From: an uncultured Amylibacter sp.
GTDB lineage: Bacteria; Pseudomonadota; Alphaproteobacteria; Rhodobacterales; Rhodobacteraceae
DNA length: 64,000 nt
Reading direction: 5' to 3'
Assembly (NCBI GenBank): GCA_905181935.1
Contig: CAJIZV010000003.1
Location: 64,848 to 128,847, forward strand
Shown here: piece by piece, positions 30,524-38,424 of the stretch
Layout: each line of letters starts with the position of its first letter
How positions within the stretch are numbered: the first letter of the stretch is position 1
Position numbers and translations under genes: made by a program
The notes under the pieces: model-generated
What the model was told of the DNA's origin: nothing
Database searches by the model: none
The model's input: only the letters and a program-made list of their open reading frames with translations

Positions 30524-31798
30524 ATGTTGAACGTCCAAAACCACCCCCTACGTGAAAGCCTATCTAAAGAGCTGCATGCGCGGCCTTTTCCAATTATTGA
30601 TGCCCCAAGTCAGGTCATATACCTAGCATTAACATGTAGTGATAATGATGAAGTGTATATTCAAAATTTAGCAAATTTGTTTGGGGGTCTAGATTACGTA
30701 ATAGGTTCAGGACATTATTACCAAGATTTAGGAGGTTATTCACTAAAGTGGGAACGTCATAGCGAATTCGTTACCTACACTATTTTACTTGAAGGTGAAG
30801 ATGATCATCCGTTTTCTGATAAAGCGGCAAGCTATTTTCCAGTCTCCTGGTTAGCATCATTAGATAGCCAAGTTTTAACTACAGTAAAGTTACGCGTTGT
30901 TGCACCGGCCTCTACAAAGCAAGTTGAGCATGAAATTTTAACAAACTTTCATACAGCTTTTCAATCAGAAAGCTTAGCTATATCTTATGTTTTAGACAAA
31001 AATGCTATCGTAGCTAGTGATTTTAAAATGGATGAAAATGGTTACATTCGTTTTGGTGTATTACCAATTGGTCAGGTTGGGCGGCATCGCTTGGGCCGTA
31101 TTGTTCAACGTTTGTTAGAAATTGAAACTTACCGGGCAATGTCTATGATGACTTTACCAATAGCAAAAAAAGTTTTTAGCCGTTTAACAGAATTAGAACA
31201 TGATCTGGCAAGTACAGTCCAATCTATTTCTGGGCGTGAAGGTACATACCAAGAAAATTTGAATACTTTAATGACTATTGCGGCTGAAATTGAGTATTTA
31301 AATGCTGAAAATGCATTCCGATTTGGCGCAGGTGATGCTTACGCTGCCTTAGTCGATCAACGTATTTTTGTTTTACGTGAGGAGCGATTTTTAGGGCGTC
31401 AAACATTTTCAGAATTTATGATGCGTAGATTTAGCCCTACTGTGCGTACTTGTAAGGCGGCCCATAAGCGATTGCAGGATATTTCTGATCGTGCTGCTCG
31501 TGCTGCAGATTTACTAAGTACCCGAGTTAATGTTCGAACTGCAGAACAAAATAGAGCATTGTTAGAGCAAATGGACAAGCGTTCAGAATTGCAATTGCGT
31601 TTACAGCAGACGGTTGAAGGCCTTTCAGTGGTTGCAATTAGTTATTATGCTGTAAACCTTTTAACTTATTTGTTTATACCCCTTGCTGAGATTCAAAATT
31701 GGGAAAAATATTATGTAGCATCAGCTTTAGTATTACCCGTAGTACTTTCTGTTGTGTTTATGGTCCGAAAAATTAGAGGTGGTATTTCTAAATCCTGA
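30524..31798 (+). CDS. DUF3422 family membrane-anchored protein
   Basis: The 424-aa ORF has an N-terminal HPLR..L..ELHARPFP signature and two C-terminal TM helices. The family call is from memory. Confidence 0.55.
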   Translation: MLNVQNHPLRESLSKELHARPFPIIDAPSQVIYLALTCSDNDEVYIQNLANLFGGLDYVIGSGHYYQDLGGYSLKWERHSEFVTYTILLEGEDDHPFSDKAASYFPVSWLASLDSQVLTTVKLRVVAPASTKQVEHEILTNFHTAFQSESLAISYVLDKNAIVASDFKMDENGYIRFGVLPIGQVGRHRLGRIVQRLLEIETYRAMSMMTLPIAKKVFSRLTELEHDLASTVQSISGREGTYQENLNTLMTIAAEIEYLNAENAFRFGAGDAYAALVDQRIFVLREERFLGRQTFSEFMMRRFSPTVRTCKAAHKRLQDISDRAARAADLLSTRVNVRTAEQNRALLEQMDKRSELQLRLQQTVEGLSVVAISYYAVNLLTYLFIPLAEIQNWEKYYVASALVLPVVLSVVFMVRKIRGGISKS

Positions 31799-32441
31799 AA
31801 AGGGGTTGCAATAAGCGAGGTAAAAGTGATGTAAACTTCAAAGGTGCATCTGAGGCTGCTAAACAAATGCATGGCCCGTCATCGCTAGCAGTTGGACTAT
31901 GATGAATATTTTCATCACCAATCTCAATATCCCCTCGTGAAAAACAATCCTCTTTATCATGAAATGCACCTTGTAAAACAAGCGTCATTTCAAGGCCGTT
32001 GTGGCCATGGTTAGGCATAGCAGTACCTGCAGGTATATAAAGTAGCCGAGCTGTTGCGTGTTTGTCAGTTTTTAAAATAGCTTGCCGCACTCCGCGGCCT
32101 ATATTTTTCCATTTAACTGCATTTAAATCATTACCAACATACTTTTGAAGTGGTTCTGGGAAAATACCCTCGATCATTGGGGGAAGGGGGCTCTTTGTTA
32201 TTGGCATATTAATTTCTTTTAATGCTTGTTTGAATGCGTCAGGTTTCATTTCAGCCTCATCAGAATCTTCTAAAAGGCCTCCACCTATAGCTTCATAGCT
32301 AGCTAAGCGTGCACGAGCTTCATCGCTCATAGACATTTGAGTTGCGACCACTAGACTAAAAGCCTCTGGTAAAATACCAGCCGCGTAGCCTATTAAAAGT
32401 TGCTCATTTAGGTGATGTTTAACTGTCATATTTCGTTTCAT
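31788..32441 (-). CDS. chrR: ChrR-like anti-sigma-E factor (cupin C-terminal domain)
   Basis: The 217-aa ORF has the N-terminal HHL...LL.GYAAG.L.EAFSLVVAT anti-sigma domain and a C-terminal cupin with HGHNGLE and a later HH. Its ATGA overlaps the stop of the ECF sigma gene. Confidence 0.8.
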   Translation of the reverse strand: MKRNMTVKHHLNEQLLIGYAAGILPEAFSLVVATQMSMSDEARARLASYEAIGGGLLEDSDEAEMKPDAFKQALKEINMPITKSPLPPMIEGIFPEPLQKYVGNDLNAVKWKNIGRGVRQAILKTDKHATARLLYIPAGTAMPNHGHNGLEMTLVLQGAFHDKEDCFSRGDIEIGDENIHHSPTASDDGPCICLAASDAPLKFTSLLPRLLQPLFRI

Positions 32442-33004
32442 TTCATTTTATATCTTAGTCGTTGTAAGGCTAATCTAATTCGAGACTTGATTGTTCCAAG
32501 GGGTAAACCGGTTTCATCAGCAATCTCTTGATGCGACAAATCGTTATAAAATGCGCGTTCTACAATAACTCTTTGTTTTTCAGGCAAACTTTTCACTGCT
32601 TGAGCTAATCGGTATGTTTCTTGTTGCATTGATATTATTTCAGATGCATCTGGCTCAGGGTTACAGCCCCAAGGTAAATCCTCAGGTTCTGGACGGCTCT
32701 GGCGCCTTGCAGCATCAATTCGTTTATTTCTCGCAATTGTAAATATCCAAGTAGATGCGGCCGCTCGTGTTGGATCAAATAAATGAGCTTTGTGCCAAAC
32801 AGTAACCATCGTTTCTTGTGCGCAATCTTCCGCAGTTACTGGATCAGCACCACCTTTCATAAGAAATGATTTAATGCGGGGAGCAAAATGTGCAAACAAG
32901 TCAGAAAAGGATTCTTTGTCCTGATTTTTGGATATTGAAATAATACATTGAGCCCATAGATCAGTAGTAGATTTTACAATATTTTTCACCACTTTGCCTA
33001 GCAT
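32438..33004 (-). CDS. rpoE: ECF (sigma-24) RNA polymerase sigma factor, RpoE(sigma-E)-like
   Basis: Region 2 (FAHFAPRIKSFLMK...AEDCAQETMVTVWHKAHLFDP) and region 4 (LPEKQR..ERAFY.DLSHQEIA..TGLPLGTIKSRIRLA). The start is uncertain. I prefer ATG 33004 because the predicted promoter places the transcription start site (TSS) near 33083. Alternative starts are at 33040 and 33085. Confidence 0.75.
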   Translation of the reverse strand: MLGKVVKNIVKSTTDLWAQCIISISKNQDKESFSDLFAHFAPRIKSFLMKGGADPVTAEDCAQETMVTVWHKAHLFDPTRAAASTWIFTIARNKRIDAARRQSRPEPEDLPWGCNPEPDASEIISMQQETYRLAQAVKSLPEKQRVIVERAFYNDLSHQEIADETGLPLGTIKSRIRLALQRLRYKMK

Positions 33005-33090
33005 CCTTCTGGGGGTTACTTGTAGTCTAAAGGATCGCATGAGTAGATCAAAGTCTTGATTAACAAATGGTATAATAACAAACATGTATT

Positions 33091-33119
33091 TATTACGAAG
33101 TAGTTGTCATTTTGGATCA
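33091..33119 (-). promoter_or_regulatory. candidate sigma-E-type promoter for rpoE-chrR
   Basis: Minus strand reads TGATCC (33119..33114), N16, CGTAATA (33097..33091). Confidence 0.55.
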
Positions 33120-33140
33120 AGTTTATATTAATATTATTAT

Positions 33141-33169
33141 TGATCCGACAAAGACACAGATGCGTAAGA
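33141..33169 (+). promoter_or_regulatory. candidate sigma-E-type promoter for the six-gene operon
   Basis: Plus strand reads TGATCC (33141..33146), N16, CGTAAGA (33163..33169). It ends 17 nt before the ATG at 33186. Confidence 0.55.
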
Positions 33170-33185
33170 ATAAAAATAACAATAA

Positions 33186-34481
33186 ATGGATATAAAATTA
33201 GTGCCGTTTGAATTTACTTTTTCCCGCCCAAAAAATATTGCTGTGATAGGTGCTGGTATATCGGGTATGGGCGCAGCACATTTATTAGCAAAATCTCATA
33301 ATATTACATTATTTGAATCTAATAAACGCCTTGGGGGGCATGCTCGCACCGTAATTGCAGGCAAAGACATGGATCAGCCAGTTGATACAGGTTTTATTGT
33401 TTTTAATTATGCCAATTACCCTCGAATGACGCAGCTATTTGAAGCATTAAATGTACCAGTAATAAAAAGTGATATGAGTTTTGGTGTTTCAGCTAAGTCT
33501 GGGAATATAGAATATGCGTTGAGAACACTAAATTCATTATATGGGCAACGTTTAAATTTAATACGCCCTAAATATCATCGAATGATAATGGATATTATGA
33601 AATTTAATAAAAATGCAGAAAGTGCGCTTGAAGGCCCTGAGATGACACTACGTGATTTACTTGCTAAAATAGGTACTGGGGATTGGTTTCGTGATTACTA
33701 CATTCTTCCATTTGGTGGTGCGATTTGGTCTACCCCGTTAGGTCAGATGTTAGATTTTCCAGCAGAGGCTCTCATAAAATTTTTTAAGAATCACAATTTA
33801 TTGGCTACTTCTGGGCACCATCAATGGTACACAGTTAAAGGGGGCTCGATTGAATATGTAAAGCTTCTCGAGAAAGATATGAAAAAGCGCAGTGTTGTGA
33901 TTCGAAGTGGTTCTCCAGTGAAAGGTGTTCGACGCACCTCTTTAGGAGTTGATATTCGTGTATTTGGTGGAGATTGGCAAAGTTTTGATAGTGTTGTTAT
34001 GGCAAGTCATTCTGATCAATCATTAAACCTATTGGAAGATCCAAGTGAAGATGAAGTTCGATTATTATCAGCTATTAAATATCAACCCAATCAAGCTATA
34101 TTACACTCAGATCCAGTAGTAATGCCCAAGCGGAAAAAATGTTGGTCTTCTTGGGTCTATGCCTCTGATCAAGCTGACAGTGCTAATCCGGTTGGTGTAA
34201 GCTATTGGATGAACAGATTACAATCAATTCCAGAGGCAGAAAACTTTTTTCAATCTTTAAATCCAACGCGCGAAATTAAGCAAGAACTTATCCATGATCA
34301 AAATATGTTTATGCATCCAGTTTTTGATCGCGCAGCTTTATCCGCGCAGCAAGAAATTAAAAAAATACAAGGCCACAATAATACATGGTTTTGTGGAGCT
34401 TGGTTGCGTAATGGCTTTCATGAGGATGGATACTCTAGCGCTGTTGATGTTTTAGAAAATATGGGAGTGATGGCTGGGTGA
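33186..34481 (+). CDS. FAD/NAD-binding amine-oxidase-like oxidoreductase (UfaD-like candidate)
   Basis: N-terminal dinucleotide fold IAVIGAGISGMGAAHLL. It is the first gene after the sigma-E-type promoter, and this family is associated with DUF1365 and CFA-synthase-type clusters. Confidence 0.7.
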   Translation: MDIKLVPFEFTFSRPKNIAVIGAGISGMGAAHLLAKSHNITLFESNKRLGGHARTVIAGKDMDQPVDTGFIVFNYANYPRMTQLFEALNVPVIKSDMSFGVSAKSGNIEYALRTLNSLYGQRLNLIRPKYHRMIMDIMKFNKNAESALEGPEMTLRDLLAKIGTGDWFRDYYILPFGGAIWSTPLGQMLDFPAEALIKFFKNHNLLATSGHHQWYTVKGGSIEYVKLLEKDMKKRSVVIRSGSPVKGVRRTSLGVDIRVFGGDWQSFDSVVMASHSDQSLNLLEDPSEDEVRLLSAIKYQPNQAILHSDPVVMPKRKKCWSSWVYASDQADSANPVGVSYWMNRLQSIPEAENFFQSLNPTREIKQELIHDQNMFMHPVFDRAALSAQQEIKKIQGHNNTWFCGAWLRNGFHEDGYSSAVDVLENMGVMAG

Positions 34482-35239
34482 CTGCAATCTTAGATCACAT
34501 CCATGGACGTACTTTCCATGGCCGGCATGGAACAATTAAGAACAAATTTTCTTATAATGTTGACTACATTATTTCTGATTTAAGCCTTTGCAAGGGTCCA
34601 TTGTTATTTTCAAGAAATAAGCGAAATATAATTGCACTTTTTGACAACGATTATGGCAGCACTTATTCCTCTAAAGCTAGAATAAAGTGGGTTAACGATA
34701 TTTTATTTGAAGCTGGATTTGGCAACTTCATTACCGGTAAGGTATTGTTGCTTGCGCAGCCTCGTGTATTTAATCATGTGTTTAATCCTGTTAGTTTTTG
34801 GATAATTTATGATCAATTAAAAAAGTTACGCTTAGTTATAGCTGAAGTAAGTAATACTTTTGGGGACCGTCACAGCTATCTTTGTTACAATGATGACATG
34901 TCTGAAATTAAACGTGATCAAACATTGACTGCTCGTAAGGTATTCCATGTGTCACCGTTTCAAAAAATCTCTGGTAAGTATGAGTTTCAATTTGATATTT
35001 CAGACAAATCTGTTGGTATATGGATTAATTTTCGAGATGGTAGTAAAGGTGTTTTGGCAACCTTTGCAGGCCGGCGCCAACCTTTAACCAATGCGTCTAT
35101 TCTTGCATCTGTTATTCGCCGCCCATTTGGGTCAAAAAGAATTTTAACACTCATCTATTGGCAGGCTATTAAATTAAAATTTAAAGGTGCTGTTTTTAAT
35201 AAACGGCCTGAACCACCTTCAAAAGACATATCAAGGTGA
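34478..35239 (+). CDS. DUF1365 family protein (UfaO-like candidate)
   Basis: A 253-aa ORF whose ATGA overlaps the upstream gene. The family is assigned from sequence character and the conserved partnership with the FAD oxidoreductase. Confidence 0.65.
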   Translation: MTAILDHIHGRTFHGRHGTIKNKFSYNVDYIISDLSLCKGPLLFSRNKRNIIALFDNDYGSTYSSKARIKWVNDILFEAGFGNFITGKVLLLAQPRVFNHVFNPVSFWIIYDQLKKLRLVIAEVSNTFGDRHSYLCYNDDMSEIKRDQTLTARKVFHVSPFQKISGKYEFQFDISDKSVGIWINFRDGSKGVLATFAGRRQPLTNASILASVIRRPFGSKRILTLIYWQAIKLKFKGAVFNKRPEPPSKDISR

Positions 35240-35748
35240 ATAAATTTTTTATATTTTTGTTCATTTGGTGTGTATTATCAGCCGCATATGTGGCCCGACC
35301 TTTAGAGATTCCAATTGGCTGGCAAAAAAGAGGAGAAGCAACAACTGTGTTGTTTGGTTTCACATTATATCGAGGCATTTTATATACACAAAGTGCAAAA
35401 GTGTTTGATAAAAATAGTAAATATGCATTATCTCTTGAATATTTGCGGGAGTTCAAGGCAACAACTTTAGTAAAAGCTACAGTTAAAGAAATTAGAAGAA
35501 CTAAAGGTTTATCTGCTGAGGATTTTGAAGACTTAAAGTTTGAATTAATGCAGTGCTTTGTGAATGTTAAGGCGGGGGATCGTATTACTGCAATTGCACG
35601 TAATGCTAACAAAATAAATATTTTTTATAATGGGACAAAGCGTTGTGATCTTGAACGAACAAATATTCGTAATCAATTTTTTGGCATTTGGCTTGGTGAT
35701 AAAACACGTGACGCTAAAGGTTCTGCTCGACTTAAAGGAACGCCTTAA
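35236..35748 (+). CDS. secreted hypothetical protein (possibly chalcone-isomerase-like fold)
   Basis: The GTG start overlaps the upstream stop (GTGA). It has an N-terminal signal-like hydrophobic segment. The fold suggestion comes only from remembered gene-neighbourhood patterns. Confidence 0.45.
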   Translation: MNKFFIFLFIWCVLSAAYVARPLEIPIGWQKRGEATTVLFGFTLYRGILYTQSAKVFDKNSKYALSLEYLREFKATTLVKATVKEIRRTKGLSAEDFEDLKFELMQCFVNVKAGDRITAIARNANKINIFYNGTKRCDLERTNIRNQFFGIWLGDKTRDAKGSARLKGTP

Positions 35749-36968
35749 TGTTTAAAGGTTTAGTCAAATATAGTTTATTTTCTGGTATGTTAGCTTTTGC
35801 GGGATTGCCAATTTATTTGCATGCACCAAAATATTTTGTTGATACTTATGATATATCGCTAACTGCAATCGGCTTCACGCTGCTAGGCCTCAGACTATTA
35901 GATTTTATTCAAGACCCAATAATTGGCTGGTGGTTGGATAACATGAAGATGGGGCATGAACTTCTTGCCGCAGTAATGGGAGTTTTGATGGCGGGCTCTA
36001 TGTTCGCATTATTTGCTGTTCCAGCAATAGGCAGTCCGCTAATTTGGTTCATAGCTTGTATGATAGTCTTATTTTCTAGCTTCTCTATTTTATCGATTTT
36101 ATTTTATTCACAGGGAATTGAAAAAGCGAAATCTCTTGGCGGCCAAGGCCATGTTCTTCTAGCAATGTGGCGTGAATCTGGTGGTTTAGTCGGTGTTTGT
36201 TTTGCAGCTCTTGCACCAACAATATTTACTATCCTAGGTATAATTAACCCTATGGCCGGGTTTGCAATTTTGTTTGGTTTTATTGCATTAATATCTACCT
36301 ACTTTATGGCAAGGGAATGGAAAACTGTTACACTACCTAGAAGTAACTTACGGCTTATTTTGATAGACCCAACATTACGTCATCTACTTTTTGTAGCACT
36401 CTTAAATGCAGCCCCTTTGGCCGTTACCACTACTTTGTTTTTATTTTATGTAGAAGCTTGCTTGGGATCTCAAACTGCAACTGGACCACTATTATTAATA
36501 TTTTTTCTTTGCGCAGCTTTATCAACACCTATTTGGGGTAAATTAGTTACGCTCTATTCAACACGAAAAACGCTTTTGTGTGCGATGGTATTATCTATAA
36601 TTTCATTTAGTTTTGTGTTTAGTTTAGGAGCTGGAGATGTCTTTCTTTTTGCTATCGTTTGTGCAGTCTCTGGCTTCACTTTAGGTGCTGATATGACTTT
36701 ATTACCTGCTGCATTCGCCCGTAGAATTGATCAAATGGGAATTGGTGGGGGGCAAGCTTTTGGTGCTTGGAGTTTTTGCGCTAAGTTTACCTTAGCATTA
36801 GTAGCAGCTTTTGTTTTGCCTTTGCTAGATTGGGTCGAATTTTCGACTAGTGAACCTAATACTGATGCTGCTATTTGGGCATTAACATTACTTTATGCAG
36901 GCTTACCCTGCATTTTAAAACTAGGGGCTATGCTAGTTTTATCATCTAGCCATCTAAGGGAGATCTAA
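35748..36968 (+). CDS. MFS-type membrane transporter
   Basis: A 406-aa highly hydrophobic protein with about 12 predicted TM helices. It overlaps the upstream stop by 1 nt (TAATG). Confidence 0.7.
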   Translation: MFKGLVKYSLFSGMLAFAGLPIYLHAPKYFVDTYDISLTAIGFTLLGLRLLDFIQDPIIGWWLDNMKMGHELLAAVMGVLMAGSMFALFAVPAIGSPLIWFIACMIVLFSSFSILSILFYSQGIEKAKSLGGQGHVLLAMWRESGGLVGVCFAALAPTIFTILGIINPMAGFAILFGFIALISTYFMAREWKTVTLPRSNLRLILIDPTLRHLLFVALLNAAPLAVTTTLFLFYVEACLGSQTATGPLLLIFFLCAALSTPIWGKLVTLYSTRKTLLCAMVLSIISFSFVFSLGAGDVFLFAIVCAVSGFTLGADMTLLPAAFARRIDQMGIGGGQAFGAWSFCAKFTLALVAAFVLPLLDWVEFSTSEPNTDAAIWALTLLYAGLPCILKLGAMLVLSSSHLREI

Positions 36969-36969
36969 T

Positions 36970-37533
36970 ATGACTTTACTTTTTTCAGCGCTGTTTTTCG
37001 GATGTTTTTTTTCAATTATTATTAGTTGGGTTTTCACTAAAAACTTAGGTTTTTTAGCGCAACGTCCAAGCGATTATACAAAACAAGGAACAGTTTTTGA
37101 TATACGCGAGCGATTGATTGGGCATATGATTTGTGAAGGTGTCATATATGGCCCATTTGGTCGAGTAAATACTAGGTTTGTAGCTCACATGCATGCGCAC
37201 TGGGATGGCAATAAAGGCCATATGACAGAATCTTTTTTGTATGATAATGGCGATACACTAGATCGTGAATGGGATTTAATTTTTAAAGACAATGGTGAAT
37301 TTTTTGAAGCTACAGCACCTGATATTATTGGTACTGGAATAGGGCAGCAGTCAGGATCTGGCGTGCGGTTATGCTATAATATTAAACTACCTGTGTCTGC
37401 TGGTGGTTACGTTTTAAACACTATTGATTGGATGTACTTGATGGAAAATGGAACGATTATTAATAGATCCCAATTCCGAAAATTTGGATTCAAGGTTGGA
37501 GAGCTGGTTGCCAATATGCGTCAGGTGAATTGA
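36970..37533 (+). CDS. DUF3833-like protein
   Basis: A 187-aa ORF with an N-terminal hydrophobic anchor. The family name is from remembered co-occurrence in these clusters. Confidence 0.5.
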   Translation: MTLLFSALFFGCFFSIIISWVFTKNLGFLAQRPSDYTKQGTVFDIRERLIGHMICEGVIYGPFGRVNTRFVAHMHAHWDGNKGHMTESFLYDNGDTLDREWDLIFKDNGEFFEATAPDIIGTGIGQQSGSGVRLCYNIKLPVSAGGYVLNTIDWMYLMENGTIINRSQFRKFGFKVGELVANMRQVN

Positions 37534-38276
37534 TGTCATTACGTGGGAAAAAGTATTGGATTGTAGGTGCCTCTGAGGGATTAGGTCGTGAACTCGCCGT
37601 TGCCCTGTCAACACTAGGTGTTGAACTTGTTATTAGTGCAAGAAATGAAGATCGACTGACTGAACTTGCTTCTATTACTGGTGCACAAGTTTTGACGCTG
37701 GATGTTACTAACAAAGAGGCCGTTAGATTTGCAGGTGAAAGTGTTGGCCCTCTAGATGGCGTTATTTATGCTGCTGGTGTTTACACTCCAGTAAACGCTG
37801 CCGATTGGAACTCTGATGAAGTTGAGCAAATGATCAATATTAATTTTATGGGTGCAGCTCGAGTCTTAGCAGCTGTAGTTCCTGGATTTGTGGAGTTTGG
37901 CAAAGGCCACATTGTGATGATTGGAAGTTTGTCAGGATTCCGAGGTTTGTCAGGAGCACTTGGTTATGGAGCATCAAAAGCAGGAATGATGCATTTAGCA
38001 GAAAATATTCATGCTGATTTGTATTCTAGTGGCGTAAAGGTTCAACTGATAAACCCTGGCTTTATAAAGACGCGACTTACTGATAAAAATAATTTTAAGA
38101 TGCCCTTCATCATGTCTGCAGAAGAGGCTGCGCAAAATGTAATAAACGCAATGTTGAGTGATAGGTTCCAAACTAATTTTCCACGACTTTTTTCATGGGT
38201 ATTTCGCGGAGCAAATTTTTTACCAGCTACTATATATTATAAGTTATTTGGGGAAAAGTGGGGTAAGAGGAGATAG
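37530..38276 (+). CDS. short-chain dehydrogenase/reductase (SDR)
   Basis: GASEGLGRE cofactor motif and the YGASKAG catalytic YxxxK. Its ATGA overlaps the upstream gene. Confidence 0.85.
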   Translation: MMSLRGKKYWIVGASEGLGRELAVALSTLGVELVISARNEDRLTELASITGAQVLTLDVTNKEAVRFAGESVGPLDGVIYAAGVYTPVNAADWNSDEVEQMININFMGAARVLAAVVPGFVEFGKGHIVMIGSLSGFRGLSGALGYGASKAGMMHLAENIHADLYSSGVKVQLINPGFIKTRLTDKNNFKMPFIMSAEEAAQNVINAMLSDRFQTNFPRLFSWVFRGANFLPATIYYKLFGEKWGKRR

Positions 38277-38424
38277 ATTCAAGCAAATTTGATGTTACTT
38301 TCAAGTGATATAAGTAACTTCAAATGTATTATGAGGCGCAAAAACCACGCTCTATGTCGGTTCTTTCTGTGAGATTCTAGTTGCGGTGTGGTTTATTTAA
38401 ATAAAATAAATATTAGGATTCTTC

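Noticed and set aside
35196-35612. 138-aa minus-strand ORF inside the sigma-E-dependent operon
   Set aside because: It runs antisense to two tightly coupled plus-strand genes, has no recognisable domain and has Ser/Lys-rich low complexity.
38277-38424. Possible Moco riboswitch or terminator upstream of the molybdoenzyme gene
   Set aside because: Only an imperfect long-range pairing (AAACCACGC...GCGGTGTGGTTT) with a loop of about 36 nt is visible. I cannot identify conserved Moco-motif elements by eye, so I do not call it.
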